Source: Desulfobacterales bacterium (GTDB lineage Bacteria; Desulfobacterota; Desulfobacteria; Desulfobacterales; UBA5852). From it: a stretch of DNA of 64,000 nucleotides. Below, in pieces: positions 48,463 through 58,512 of the stretch; position 1 is the first letter of the stretch; each line of letters opens with the position of its first letter. The position numbers and the translations under genes are program-made. The notes below the pieces were generated by a model. It saw nothing but the letters and a program-made list of their open reading frames with translations, ran no database searches and was not told the DNA's origin. Where the stretch lies: positions 960,001 through 1,024,000 of the forward strand of contig CAXXVS010000001.1 in NCBI GenBank assembly GCA_963674755.2, written 5' to 3'.

Positions 48463-49497
48463 ATGCCGACAAGCAAATTAAACATAGCCGTCATCGGCGC
48501 CGGTGCCATCGGCGGGACAACGGCCGCCTTCATGAAGAAGGCCGGTTGGGATCCGATTCTGGTATGCAAGCATGCTGATACCCTGGCGCAGATTGAACGA
48601 CCGGGGCTTCAGATTTTTGGACTGAAAGGGACGCATACCGTGCCCCTGCGTGCTGTGCGGACGGTTGCCGAGCTTCCCGATGATCTGGATGTGGTTTTCC
48701 ATGCGACCAAAGCCAATGATTGCAAAGCGGCGGCAAGGGATCTGGCGCCGCATCTCAAACCGGACTCACAGGTGGTCTCCCTGCAAAACGGCATCTGCGA
48801 AGACGCCCTGGGGGAGATCCTGGGGCGCCCGCGGATCATCGGCTGCGTCGTGGGTTGGGGCGCCACCCATGCCGGGCCCGGCCGGATCGAAGTCACTTCC
48901 CCGGGAGAGTTCGTTGTGGGCTCTATCGACCGGCCGCCTGGTACGCATCTGGAAACCGTTCGTTCGATGCTGGATGCGGTCCAGCCGACCCGGGTTTCCG
49001 ATAACATCATGGGAGAACTCTATTCCAAGCTGATGATCAACGCCTGTATCAACTCCCTGGGTGTTATCACCGGCGTACCCCTGGGGGAGTTGTTGGCCGT
49101 TCGCAAAATCCGCCGCATTTTTATCGGCATTATGCAGGAGGCCCTGACAACGGCCAATGCCATGGGCCTCCGGGTGACACCTTCTACGGGGGGCAAATTG
49201 GACTACTACCGGTTTCTGGAAGGCAACGGATTGTTGAAACGCTTCCAGCAGCATCTCGTATTGCGCATCATTGGCTTCAAGTACCGACGGATCAGATCGT
49301 CCAGCCTGCAGTCCCTGGAGCGGGGGCGCTTGACGGAAATCGACTACCTCAACGGCTACATCTGCGACCGGGCAAATGAACACAGCGTGCCGGTGCCGTT
49401 GAACCTGGCGGTGGTGGCCATGATCAAAGCCATCGAGGCCGGCCAGCGTCCCATCGCGATGGACAATATTCAGGATGCGGTATTCGCTGGCGTTTGA
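48463..49497 (+). CDS. Ketopantoate reductase family protein (PanE/ApbA)
   Basis: IGAGAIGG, ATKA, SLQNG, YSKLMINACIN, SSLQSL..GRLTEIDYLNG. Confidence 0.88.
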   Translation: MPTSKLNIAVIGAGAIGGTTAAFMKKAGWDPILVCKHADTLAQIERPGLQIFGLKGTHTVPLRAVRTVAELPDDLDVVFHATKANDCKAAARDLAPHLKPDSQVVSLQNGICEDALGEILGRPRIIGCVVGWGATHAGPGRIEVTSPGEFVVGSIDRPPGTHLETVRSMLDAVQPTRVSDNIMGELYSKLMINACINSLGVITGVPLGELLAVRKIRRIFIGIMQEALTTANAMGLRVTPSTGGKLDYYRFLEGNGLLKRFQQHLVLRIIGFKYRRIRSSSLQSLERGRLTEIDYLNGYICDRANEHSVPVPLNLAVVAMIKAIEAGQRPIAMDNIQDAVFAGV

Positions 49498-49604
49498 GCC
49501 GTTGCCCCAGGCATATCTTCCGGGGAAGTCTGCTGAAAGGGATCGATTGGAGGCGGTTGGATCTAAGGAACGGACGGATGTGAAGTGATGGAAAGGATCT
49601 TGTC

Positions 49605-50225
49605 ATGAGTTTGGAAATGTGGCTCGCGTTTGTCATTGCGGCGGAAATTATCTTGGTCATTCCCGGCCCCACGATCATTTTGGTGGTGAGTCAGGCCATT
49701 GCCCACGGCCGCAGATCGGTCATTCCGTTGGTGGCCGGGGTGCTGGGCGGGGATTTTACCGCCATGACGCTTTCATTGTTGGGCCTGGGCGCGGTGTTGT
49801 CTGCTTCCGCCACCTTGTTTGTCACCCTCAAATGGATCGGGGCCTTTTACCTGATCTACCTCGGGATCAAGCTATGGCGCACCGTTCCGGACGGCGCGGC
49901 GGCTGCTGTGGCTGCCCGGGAAGCCTCGGCCGGATCGCTTTTCAAGGGGGCCTACATCGTCACGGCGCTCAACCCCAAGAGCATTGCCTTTTTCGTGGCC
50001 TTCCTGCCCCAGTTCATCAACCACCAGGCGGCCACCTTGCCCCAGTTATCGATTATGGGCATCACCTTTTTAACCATGGCCACCGTCAATGCCGCCCTAT
50101 ATGCGATCTTTGCCGGGCACTTGCGCGACACCATGCGCCAAGCCCGGGTCCGGAAGATCATGGATCGCTGCGGCGGCAGCGCCCTCATCGGTGCCGGGGT
50201 GCTGACGGCCGCCATGGAGCGCTAA
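49605..50225 (+). CDS. LysE/RhtB family translocator
   Basis: IPGPT, LKWIGAFYLIYLG, ALNPKSIAFF. Confidence 0.92.
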   Translation: MSLEMWLAFVIAAEIILVIPGPTIILVVSQAIAHGRRSVIPLVAGVLGGDFTAMTLSLLGLGAVLSASATLFVTLKWIGAFYLIYLGIKLWRTVPDGAAAAVAAREASAGSLFKGAYIVTALNPKSIAFFVAFLPQFINHQAATLPQLSIMGITFLTMATVNAALYAIFAGHLRDTMRQARVRKIMDRCGGSALIGAGVLTAAMER

Positions 50226-50398
50226 AGAGGAAGTCGTCTACGTGCCCGGAATTGACAGGGCGACCCTAAGGAGCCTACCGGCCCCTATGCAGCGCCCACC
50301 ATTGAATGACGCAAAGCCTTTCACTGATGCCGGTACCTTAGTAGAGCCTATTCCAACAGGCGTGCGCTTATGTATTGAAAAGAGGCTGTCCGGACAAT

Positions 50399-51236
50399 TT
50401 AGGGCCGTTTTGCCGTTGCTTCCCCAAGATCCGCCATGTGGTTGAAATAGTCGCAAAACTGCTCCCGGAAAACCCTTCGGCCATCGAAGGGTTCCATGTG
50501 CGGGCCGGCGGTCGGCAGCAAAATTTTTGGCTCCGGGGCTGCATTGAAAAGACGCTGGCCTTGATCGAAGGGAATATAGCCGTCTTCAGGGCTGTGAACA
50601 ACGATTACAGGCGAGCCGACCTCGGAAATCTTTTCACCGTTGTAAAAATGGTATTTCAGAAGATAGCGGGTCGGCAGCCAGCGGTAGTGGAGACGAGCCA
50701 TTTCTTCCAGATCGAAAAAGGTCGATTCAAGCACCAGGAGCCCCGCCCATCGATCGCCCCCACAGGATTATGTCTCTGGAGGGAATCCCACGGTTCTTGT
50801 GCAGGAAATCCCAAGCCGCCTGGCCATCCAGGTAGATGTCTGATTCCTGGTGAATGTATCCCTCGGACTGACCAAAGCCCCGGTAGTCGAAAAATAGGAC
50901 CTTGACCCCCAACTCGGCCAGAGTTCTCAGACGCAGGGTATAATCGGCCGGCCGCCGTCGATTCCCATGAAAAAAGAGCACTGTGCGTTTGGCACCGGGG
51001 GTATCCATCCACCAACCATTCAGGCGCACGTTGTCTGCTGTATAGATGGAAACGGTTTTGATACCAAAACGGGAGGGGGGCTCGGCAGATAGACCCCCTG
51101 TCCCGAAGATGATCGCGGATTGGGTGTGATAGGCAGCAAAGACCACGATGACGTATACAGCCATGCCGAATACGAGACAGATCAGAAGGGAATGAAATCC
51201 AGACCGGTTCGGGGTATCATGAAAGACGGACGGCAT
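50399..51236 (-). pseudogene. Alpha/beta hydrolase (ABHD/BEM46-like), frameshifted by a short deletion
   Basis: Frame 1: FFHGN, DYRGFGQSEG, WGRSMGGA then stop at 50727; frame 2 resumes VLESTF...VHSPEDGYIP...GPH. Confidence 0.8.
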
Positions 51237-51536
51237 GGCTCCTGGCCTTTTGCGGTATTTGGTTTGTGCATATGTTTTTTGCGGCAAATGATCAACCTTA
51301 GATGTGATATGCTGTTTCTCTGTTTGCGCCACGTATTCTTGGCACTTGCAAGGAGGTAGGGGACAATCCGGAGCGTCCCGCCAATTTGCCAACCATAGAA
51401 GAATCCCCAAAGGACGGCCTGTGCGGACTTTTTTTCTGGTTGATCTATTGTCGGGCTGGATTGTCCATGGCCACCATCGCCATCGACAGTTCGGCCTTAG
51501 GTACCGATAGTCAAAAAGCGAAGGAGAAAGACCCCT

Positions 51537-52016
51537 ATGAATGATTTCCCGGATGATGTGCTCGACCTGATCAACGGACATTTGGGCGGGTACAACAACG
51601 CCCTGGGACTGCGGTTTATCGAAGCGACAGAAGATCGATTCGTGGCCGAACTCGAAATAGACGATCGTCACCGGCAGCCCTATGGACTGGTCCACGGCGG
51701 CGTATATGCCGGCATGATCGAAACCCTGTGCAGCACCGGAGCCGCCCTGAGCGTTTGGAACAAGGGCCAAAGTGCGGTCGGACTGGAGAACAACACCGCA
51801 TTTCTGAGGGCGGTCCGAACGGGCACGTTGCGCGGTACGGCCCGGCCGCTGCTAAGCGGCCGGCGGTCCCAGGTCTGGGAGGCCGAGATCAAAGACGCGC
51901 GCGGCCGCCTGGTGGCCTCCGGGCGGGTGCGCCTGATGGTGCTCGATGCGGGGGCCGAAGCCGATGGGGAAACCGTCGCTCTGGAAAATGTTGCCGACCA
52001 GAGGCTGCGTTCCTAA
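51537..52016 (+). CDS. PaaI-family thioesterase
   Basis: HRQPYGLVHGGVYAGMIE, VGLENNTAFLR, GRRSQVWE; AAGGAG RBS. Confidence 0.92.
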   Translation: MNDFPDDVLDLINGHLGGYNNALGLRFIEATEDRFVAELEIDDRHRQPYGLVHGGVYAGMIETLCSTGAALSVWNKGQSAVGLENNTAFLRAVRTGTLRGTARPLLSGRRSQVWEAEIKDARGRLVASGRVRLMVLDAGAEADGETVALENVADQRLRS

Positions 52017-52050
52017 TGTAAGCGCCTACCGCGGGAGCGCTTTGCCAGCC

Positions 52051-52635
52051 ATGACCAGCAATAGATTCATCGTGCTCCTCAAATGGATGCACGCCATCGT
52101 TTTAGTGGCGATTTTGTCGAGCTGTACCGCCCTAGATCGTCCTAAAGCCATACCGGGGGCCGGGAGCCTGTCCGACGAGGACGCGCGGCTCGTTCGCTTG
52201 GAGGCGGATTTGAGCCTGCTCCTGGGATATCAGAATCAGGAAACACTCCGGCTGGCACAGACCATCGTGGCGACAACGGACGAACTGGCCCGGACCTATC
52301 GGGTGCAGCCGCCGGCCCTGTGGCACAACTTTCTGGTCAACGTGGGAATTCGCGAGCGGGGGCTGTGCTGCCATTGGACCCAGGATCTGCTTCAGGAAAT
52401 TCGAACGCTGCAATTGACAAACTATCGTGCCGCCTGGGGGGTCAGCCGTTACGGCACCTGGCGGGAGCACAACAGTGTGGTCATCACGGCCACCGGCAAG
52501 GCTTTCGAGACCGGGATCGTGGTGGACCCCTGGCGTGAGGCCGGGGACTTATTCTGGACTCCTGTTGCGGCGGATACCTACCGGTGGCAACCTCACCCCG
52601 GCGACACACCGACCACCCGGGTCCGATGCCGTTGA
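52051..52635 (+). CDS. Hypothetical lipoprotein with a Cys/His/Asp triad-like pattern
   Basis: Lipobox ILSSC; GLCCHW, EHNSVVI, VVDPWR. Confidence 0.65.
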   Translation: MTSNRFIVLLKWMHAIVLVAILSSCTALDRPKAIPGAGSLSDEDARLVRLEADLSLLLGYQNQETLRLAQTIVATTDELARTYRVQPPALWHNFLVNVGIRERGLCCHWTQDLLQEIRTLQLTNYRAAWGVSRYGTWREHNSVVITATGKAFETGIVVDPWREAGDLFWTPVAADTYRWQPHPGDTPTTRVRCR

Positions 52636-52844
52636 ATTCTAAAAAACTATTATAAAAGAAATGTAAAACCCATATCCTTGCCGCAATCGTAACCGGCAAT
52701 ACACGAACAATGGTTGCCGCGAGCGAATCCGCCTGCCGCGCAAACGCCTTTCCACAGCACATGCTGCCTTATCCAACCTGATGCCGTATCGGCTTTCGGC
52801 CGTTTTCCATCCGCATGCGGTTTCCAGCGCCACAGGACACTGAT

Positions 52845-52960
52845 ATGGATCAACACCCACCAACTGTTTTAGGCATCGATATGGGGTCGGTGTCCCTGGG
52901 AGTGGTGCACCTGACAACGAACCGAAAAGTCCGCAGGACGGCCTATGCCGTTCCCGGCAG
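52845..52960 (+). pseudogene. 5' fragment of an acyl-CoA dehydratase activase (BcrAD/BadFG ASKHA ATPase)
   Basis: MDQHPPTVLGIDMGSVSLGVV...RTAY then loses similarity; ORF closes at 53057. Confidence 0.45.
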
Positions 52961-53092
52961 GCGATTTCCCGGTCCTGCATGGATCGCGTGGGCTAGGTCC
53001 CACCTGCAAGGGCCACCGTTTTTTGGATTGACATCCGAGAGGGTGTCTTATAAATAAACAAATAAACAAAAAATTTATTTAAAATATTTATC

Positions 53093-53692
53093 ATGAAGCC
53101 CAAGGAAGACATCGCCACCATCTATGACGCCGCCCTGGGGGTTTTTGCCGAATTCGGGTTCAAGAAGGCCACCCTGGACGACATCGCCGCCCAGCTCGGT
53201 ATGACCAAGGGCAACCTCTACCGCTACGCCCGCAACAAGCAGGATCTTTACCGGAATACGGTCCGCCATGCCCTGTTGCGCTGGCAAGGGCGTGTGCGGG
53301 ACGCCATCGCGGCCGAGCCGGACGTGGTGCAGCAGTTCCATATCATGTGCCGCAAGGCCGTGGCCTACCTGGCCGAGGATGACGCCCTGCGGCGGCTGCT
53401 GGTCCGGGATCCGGACATTTTCCCCATGTTTCCCCAAAACGATCCCTACGCGGATATCAATGCCAATTCGGTGGCCATGATCCGGTCGATCCTGGCGCGG
53501 GGCATCGCGGCCAATCGTTTCCGTCCGGTGGACCTGGATACCGTCCCGGAGATTTTCTTTTCCGTCTACAAGATGTTCATCATCCGCATGTACATCATAT
53601 CCCGGGACTGCGCCCAGGAGGAGATGTTCACCCAGACGGTCGCCTTGATCACCCAGGGGTTGTTCCCAGCCGAAAACGACGGCAAACACTAA
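53093..53692 (+). CDS. TetR-family transcriptional regulator
   Basis: FAEFGFKKATLDDIAAQLGMTKGNLYRY. Confidence 0.92.
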   Translation: MKPKEDIATIYDAALGVFAEFGFKKATLDDIAAQLGMTKGNLYRYARNKQDLYRNTVRHALLRWQGRVRDAIAAEPDVVQQFHIMCRKAVAYLAEDDALRRLLVRDPDIFPMFPQNDPYADINANSVAMIRSILARGIAANRFRPVDLDTVPEIFFSVYKMFIIRMYIISRDCAQEEMFTQTVALITQGLFPAENDGKH

Positions 53693-53701
53693 AAGAAGGA
53701 G

Positions 53702-54109
53702 ATGCCCATGACCGAACCGATTCAATACCTGACCCGCGCCTGGCGGGATGAAGCCGAAAAACGTCTCAAGGCCGAATTGAGCCCGGAGCGGATGAATTTC
53801 ATTACGTCATCCATGTCCAACATTTACTTCGATTGCCCGGACGGCGGCACCCGGTATCTTTTTTTTCGTTTTGACAAGGGGGAATTCGCCGAACTGCTGC
53901 TGGGGGAGGGGGAGCCGCCGGCTGCTGAATTCAAAGTTAGCGGTAAATATGAAACGTTTGCCAAAATTTCCCGGGCCGAACTGGGCTCCCAGAAGGCGCT
54001 GATGACCGGCAAACTCAAACTCAAGGGCAATATGGTCAAGGCGCTTAAACTGGCGTCCATCGCGGATCGCCTCAACAAGGTCCTGTCCACCATTCCTGCG
54101 GCCTACTAA
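53702..54109 (+). CDS. SCP2 sterol/lipid-binding domain protein
   Basis: C-terminal KALMTGKLKLKGNMVKALKL typical of SCP2 domains; AAGGAG RBS. Confidence 0.85.
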   Translation: MPMTEPIQYLTRAWRDEAEKRLKAELSPERMNFITSSMSNIYFDCPDGGTRYLFFRFDKGEFAELLLGEGEPPAAEFKVSGKYETFAKISRAELGSQKALMTGKLKLKGNMVKALKLASIADRLNKVLSTIPAAY

Positions 54110-54126
54110 TAAAGGAGCGTGATCCC

Positions 54127-55344
54127 ATGACACCCCCCAACGATCCCTATTTCATCGACTTCCCGGCGCGCATCCGCGCCATCCAGGCGGCGATGGCCAA
54201 AGAAAAGATCGACGTCTACCTGGGCTCCCGGCTGCGCACCCTGTCCTGGACCCTGGACGCCTTCTGCCCCTGGCGCAGCTTCGTGGTCATTCCGGCCGAG
54301 GGCCTGCCCACAGCCTTTACCTTTGTCATCGATGCGGCCCGGGTGGCCGACGATTCCTGGCTGGACGAAGACCATGTGATGGGCTTCGCCCCCATGGGCG
54401 GCCAGGACCAGATCGAGCTGATCGCCGACTTCATCAAGGATCAGCTCCCGGGAGGCAAGGGCTGCGTGGGCATCGAAAGCGGCATGTCCAACTACCTGCC
54501 GGAGGGCAATCTCACCCACTATGAATACGAACGCTATCGCGAGGCCCTGGAGGGCTGCGAGCTGGTCAACGCCCATACCATCATCGACCGGCTGGCCATG
54601 ATCAAGGACGAGGGTACGGTCAACCGTTTCCGGGAAGCCTCCCGCATCGTGGACATCGGCCACCAGGCCGTGTTCGAGGCCCTCAACGATGGCGGCTGGA
54701 AGGGCATGACGGAGACCGAAATCGCCGGGCTGGCCGCGCTGGCCATGCGCAAGGCCGGCAGCGAATGGGAATGGTCCTTTACCGGCGGCAACGAAATCGC
54801 CAGCGGCTATCGCACCGGTCTGGCGGGCGGCGCCTGCACGCCGGCTTCGCGCCGGGCGCTGCAGGCCGGCGAGCCGTTGATGGTCGACATCCACGCCATG
54901 TTCAAGCTGGGGCTGGGGGACCATTCCCACAACTACCTGATTGCCCCGGTCACCGACCGGCAGTGGTGGCACGCCACCAATTTCGTGGACATCGTCAAGC
55001 TGACCCTTGAAACCTACCGGGCCGGCATTACGCCTTCGGACCTGGCCGAGCAGATGATCGCCTTTGCCGACGAGCGGGGATTCTCGGACTATATGGTGCC
55101 GGGCTTCGAACACGGCATCGGCATGATGGGGGATGAATGGCGCATCGGACTCAACGATGGCCCCTTCCCGTATTGGACCAATCCCGAGCATGTTTACCAG
55201 CCCGGCGAACTGCTGATCTGCGCCATGCAGTACGCCTGTCCCGAGGAAAACATCGGGTTCCGCTACGAAAACCCGATCGTGCTCTACGAAGATCGCTGTG
55301 AACCGCTGTCCCTGTTTCCCCTGGGCATCGACGAAATCCGATAA
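54127..55344 (+). CDS. M24 (Xaa-Pro peptidase/creatinase)-fold protein, divergent
   Basis: Creatinase-like N-domain, IKDEG, GMTETEIA, MVDIH...GD, HGIG, GFRYEN. Confidence 0.8.
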   Translation: MTPPNDPYFIDFPARIRAIQAAMAKEKIDVYLGSRLRTLSWTLDAFCPWRSFVVIPAEGLPTAFTFVIDAARVADDSWLDEDHVMGFAPMGGQDQIELIADFIKDQLPGGKGCVGIESGMSNYLPEGNLTHYEYERYREALEGCELVNAHTIIDRLAMIKDEGTVNRFREASRIVDIGHQAVFEALNDGGWKGMTETEIAGLAALAMRKAGSEWEWSFTGGNEIASGYRTGLAGGACTPASRRALQAGEPLMVDIHAMFKLGLGDHSHNYLIAPVTDRQWWHATNFVDIVKLTLETYRAGITPSDLAEQMIAFADERGFSDYMVPGFEHGIGMMGDEWRIGLNDGPFPYWTNPEHVYQPGELLICAMQYACPEENIGFRYENPIVLYEDRCEPLSLFPLGIDEIR

Positions 55345-55364
55345 CTTTTTCTTTTGTCATCTTT

Positions 55365-55397
55365 AAAGGCCGGCGGCATCCACACCGTCGGCCTTTT
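55365..55397 (+). terminator. Probable intrinsic terminator
   Basis: AAAGGCCGGCGG/CCGTCGGCCTTT stem with a short T-run. Confidence 0.55.
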
Positions 55398-55523
55398 CCG
55401 TTGGTTCGACCGGCACCACGATCGTCCTGTTCCGCAAATGACAGGACTATGCTAAGGTGACCCTTTCAAAACGGATTATCTTCTGTTGGGCCATAAGCAG
55501 GTCAATAGACAGGATCGATCGGC

Positions 55524-56744
55524 ATGACGGAAACCCTCACAGTGACCCGGGCCCGGCGGCTGGCCCTGGCCCGGTCTGGATTGCTCAAGCCGGAATGGTC
55601 CGGAATGCCCCGGCGGGCGGCGGGGCGGGGGGCACGGGCACGCCAGGCGGCCCACCGCATCATCCGGCGCTTCGGCTACCTGCAATTGGACACGGTGGCC
55701 GTGGCCGGGGCCCGCAGCCACGCCATCGTCCTGCTCTCCCGCCTGGAAGGGTTTGCGCCGGAGTTGGCCGAAGCGCTATTGCAGCCCGGCGAACCCCTCT
55801 TTGAATACTGGGGGCACGAGGCCAGCTGGCTGCCCATCGAACTCTATCCCGCCATGGCCTTTCGCCGCGCCGCCTTTCAGACCCATCCCTGGTGGGGCGA
55901 TCTGATCGGCGAGCATCCTGATCTGGCCGAGGCGCTGATGCGCCGCATCCGCGATGAGGGTCCGCTGCGCTCCCTGGACCTGGAAGGCCGTGGCAGCCGG
56001 GGATGGTGGGACTTGAAACGGACCAAGCGCATGGCCACCGCCCTCTGGTCGGCCGGTGTCCTGGCCATCCGGGAGCGGGCCAATTTTCAGCGGGTGTACG
56101 ACCTTGCCGAACGGGTGATACCGGCGCGCTGGCGCGCCAACCAGATGCCCAAGGAGGAGGCTTTCGAAAATCTTCTTCTGCGTGCCCTCAAGGGTCACGG
56201 TTGGGCGGCCAGCGGCACGTTATCCCAGACCTGGCGCTTCCGCAACGCGGCCGAAGAGGTCAGAGACGCGCTGGCGCGCTTGCAGGAAGCAGGGAAAGTG
56301 GTGGCCTGCGCGCTGGTGGAAGACAATGGCCGGCGCCGGATCGGCTGGGTCCGTCCCCAGGATCTCGATCTGACCGACCGTCTGGCGCGCGTACGCCCCC
56401 GCAAAGGCAAAGGCGTTCTGCTCTCGCCCTTTGATCCGCTTCTATGGGATCGTCCGCGGGTGAAGCAATTGTTCGACTTCGACCAGCGGTTGGAGATCTT
56501 CAAACCGGCCGGCCAGCGGATTTACGGCTATTACTGCCTGCCGGTCCTGGCCGGCGAAAACCTGGTGGCCCGGGTCGATCTCAAGGCGGATCGCAAGGGG
56601 GGAAAGCTGCACGTCCTCTCCACCCGCTTTGAGGCCGAGGACATCAGAGGACAGATCCCGCCGGCCGACCGCGAGGCCGTGCGCACCGCTTTGGTGCGCT
56701 ATGCCGATGCCTTGGGCCTGGAACCATTGGGCGGGCCGGTATAG
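55524..56744 (+). CDS. YcaQ/AlkZ-family (HTH_42) DNA glycosylase for crosslink repair
   Basis: LQLDTV (QxD), FEYWGHEAS, LLSPFDPLLWDR, RIYGYYCLPVL, RVDLKADR. Confidence 0.88.
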   Translation: MTETLTVTRARRLALARSGLLKPEWSGMPRRAAGRGARARQAAHRIIRRFGYLQLDTVAVAGARSHAIVLLSRLEGFAPELAEALLQPGEPLFEYWGHEASWLPIELYPAMAFRRAAFQTHPWWGDLIGEHPDLAEALMRRIRDEGPLRSLDLEGRGSRGWWDLKRTKRMATALWSAGVLAIRERANFQRVYDLAERVIPARWRANQMPKEEAFENLLLRALKGHGWAASGTLSQTWRFRNAAEEVRDALARLQEAGKVVACALVEDNGRRRIGWVRPQDLDLTDRLARVRPRKGKGVLLSPFDPLLWDRPRVKQLFDFDQRLEIFKPAGQRIYGYYCLPVLAGENLVARVDLKADRKGGKLHVLSTRFEAEDIRGQIPPADREAVRTALVRYADALGLEPLGGPV

Positions 56745-56842
56745 GGCAACCCTCGAGGACCATCGGGCCTTCGCCGATTCTACCACGGCCCACGTTGCGG
56801 ATTACTCTGGCTTGACCAAACCAAGGAAAGGCGCCTTCTGTT

Positions 56843-57835
56843 ATGCCGCGGCTCTACATCGACGAATACACGCGCATCCTGGCCGGCAAGCAGGTCCATA
56901 TCGCATGTCGGGAAGGGATTCTGCGGGATCATTTCGGCGATATCGTCGATGACGTCAAATTCCTGAACCGCCAGGGGATCGTGACCACCCTCTTTCACAA
57001 CATGGCCAACCGGTTCGCCAACCAGAAGCATTTCCGGACGCTGGAAGATCGTCTGCCCGAGACCCGCATCGTGCGCGTGGATTCCGAAAAGGATTTTTAC
57101 GCGGACGTATTGACCCAGAAGCCGGTCTATAAATTGATCTTTCTGGAGCGCAAGTATCTCACCGACATCCGGGGGCGCCGCATCAACGCCCTGGACACGC
57201 GCCGCATCAGGGACGACTGGCAGCGCTATGGCGACCTGATCGCCAACGCCAGCTTTCGGTCCACCATGGAGAAGATCTGCCAGCGTATCGACGAAGGACA
57301 TCTAAAGCGGGTCCATATCCTGCCGGCACGCAAGCATACCATCAAACACGAGCTTTTCACCGTGGAGGGCAGCGGCACCCTGATTGCCAACGATTTCCAG
57401 GAGGCCTTCCTGCCCATTCTCAGCGAGGAAGACGAACAGCTGGTGGCCGGCATCCTGCAACTTTATAAGAGCAAGGGGTTTCTGAAGCCGCGGGACCGGG
57501 CCTATATCGCCGCCCATCGGGATAATTTCTACATGACGCGGATCGACGGGATCGTGGTGGGCTGCGTCGAATTGCTGCCCGTGGACGACCAGACCGTCGA
57601 GCTGGGCGCCCTGGCCATCTCCACCCGTTTCCGGGGCCAGCGCGTGGGGGTTTTCACGGTGAACGCCTTTGTCGAAGAGGCGCGGCGCCGGGGGTATCGC
57701 CGCATTATTTCCCTGACCAAGAATCCGCGCCTGCAATCGCTTTATCTGAGCCTCGGTTTCGCTCGGCAGTCGCCCCCGCGATATGCGCAACGCCAGGCCC
57801 GTTCAGCGGGGACGCCCATGTTCGTTTTTTCTTGA
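56843..57835 (+). CDS. ArgA-like N-acetyltransferase (reduced kinase-like domain plus GNAT)
   Basis: RVHIL...ELFTVEGSGTLI linker as in ArgA; GNAT ELGALAISTRFRGQRVG. Confidence 0.72.
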   Translation: MPRLYIDEYTRILAGKQVHIACREGILRDHFGDIVDDVKFLNRQGIVTTLFHNMANRFANQKHFRTLEDRLPETRIVRVDSEKDFYADVLTQKPVYKLIFLERKYLTDIRGRRINALDTRRIRDDWQRYGDLIANASFRSTMEKICQRIDEGHLKRVHILPARKHTIKHELFTVEGSGTLIANDFQEAFLPILSEEDEQLVAGILQLYKSKGFLKPRDRAYIAAHRDNFYMTRIDGIVVGCVELLPVDDQTVELGALAISTRFRGQRVGVFTVNAFVEEARRRGYRRIISLTKNPRLQSLYLSLGFARQSPPRYAQRQARSAGTPMFVFS

Positions 57836-57859
57836 CACAAAAATTGGCTTAGCATAATA

Positions 57860-57877
57860 ACTGATTAGTCAGTCAGT
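57860..57877. promoter_or_regulatory. Putative TetR operator
   Basis: Imperfect palindrome ACTGATTAGTCAGTCAGT just upstream of a TetR gene. Confidence 0.5.
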
Positions 57878-57900
57878 TTTTTGTGAGAGGCCAACCCATC

Positions 57901-58512
57901 ATGACCCGCAAAGAACAGATCCTCAAAGCGGCCACCGTTCTTTTCGCCAACAAAGGCTATGCGGAAACGACCACCCTTGAGCTTTCCGAGACCATCGGGG
58001 TGGCATCGGGAACCATTTTTTACCACTTCGGTTCCAAAGAAGGCCTTTTCCTGGCCATCCTCGAAGATATCCACCACACCATCGAGCTGGAATTCGATTC
58101 CTATTTCAAAGAATTGGCGTTTCCCTCCGGTCTGAAGATGCTGGAGGAAGTCATCGCCTTCTATCTTTATCTGGCCTCCAAGCACGAATCACAATTCATG
58201 CTGCTGCAACAACCGCATACCAGCAAACTGGCCCTGGACAACAGCGAATGCCACGCGCACCTCGAAGCGATATACAATCGTCTGGTCGAGATATTTGAAA
58301 AGACCATCGTGGCGGGCCAAAAGGATGCATCCATTGAGGAACTGCCTGTTCGCAAAACCGCCCTGATCGCTTTTTCGATGGTGGACGGATTTGTGAGGCT
58401 TAAAAACAACAATATCTACGACGCGGGAGCCCTGTTTAATGAACTGGTCAAGCTCTGCCAACGAATGCTCGAAAGTCGGACGACCGAACGTGAGTCTTGC
58501 CATGCTACTTAA
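57901..58512 (+). CDS. TetR-family transcriptional regulator
   Basis: RKEQILKAATVLFANKGY, GVASGTIFYHFGSKEGL. Confidence 0.92.
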   Translation: MTRKEQILKAATVLFANKGYAETTTLELSETIGVASGTIFYHFGSKEGLFLAILEDIHHTIELEFDSYFKELAFPSGLKMLEEVIAFYLYLASKHESQFMLLQQPHTSKLALDNSECHAHLEAIYNRLVEIFEKTIVAGQKDASIEELPVRKTALIAFSMVDGFVRLKNNNIYDAGALFNELVKLCQRMLESRTTERESCHAT

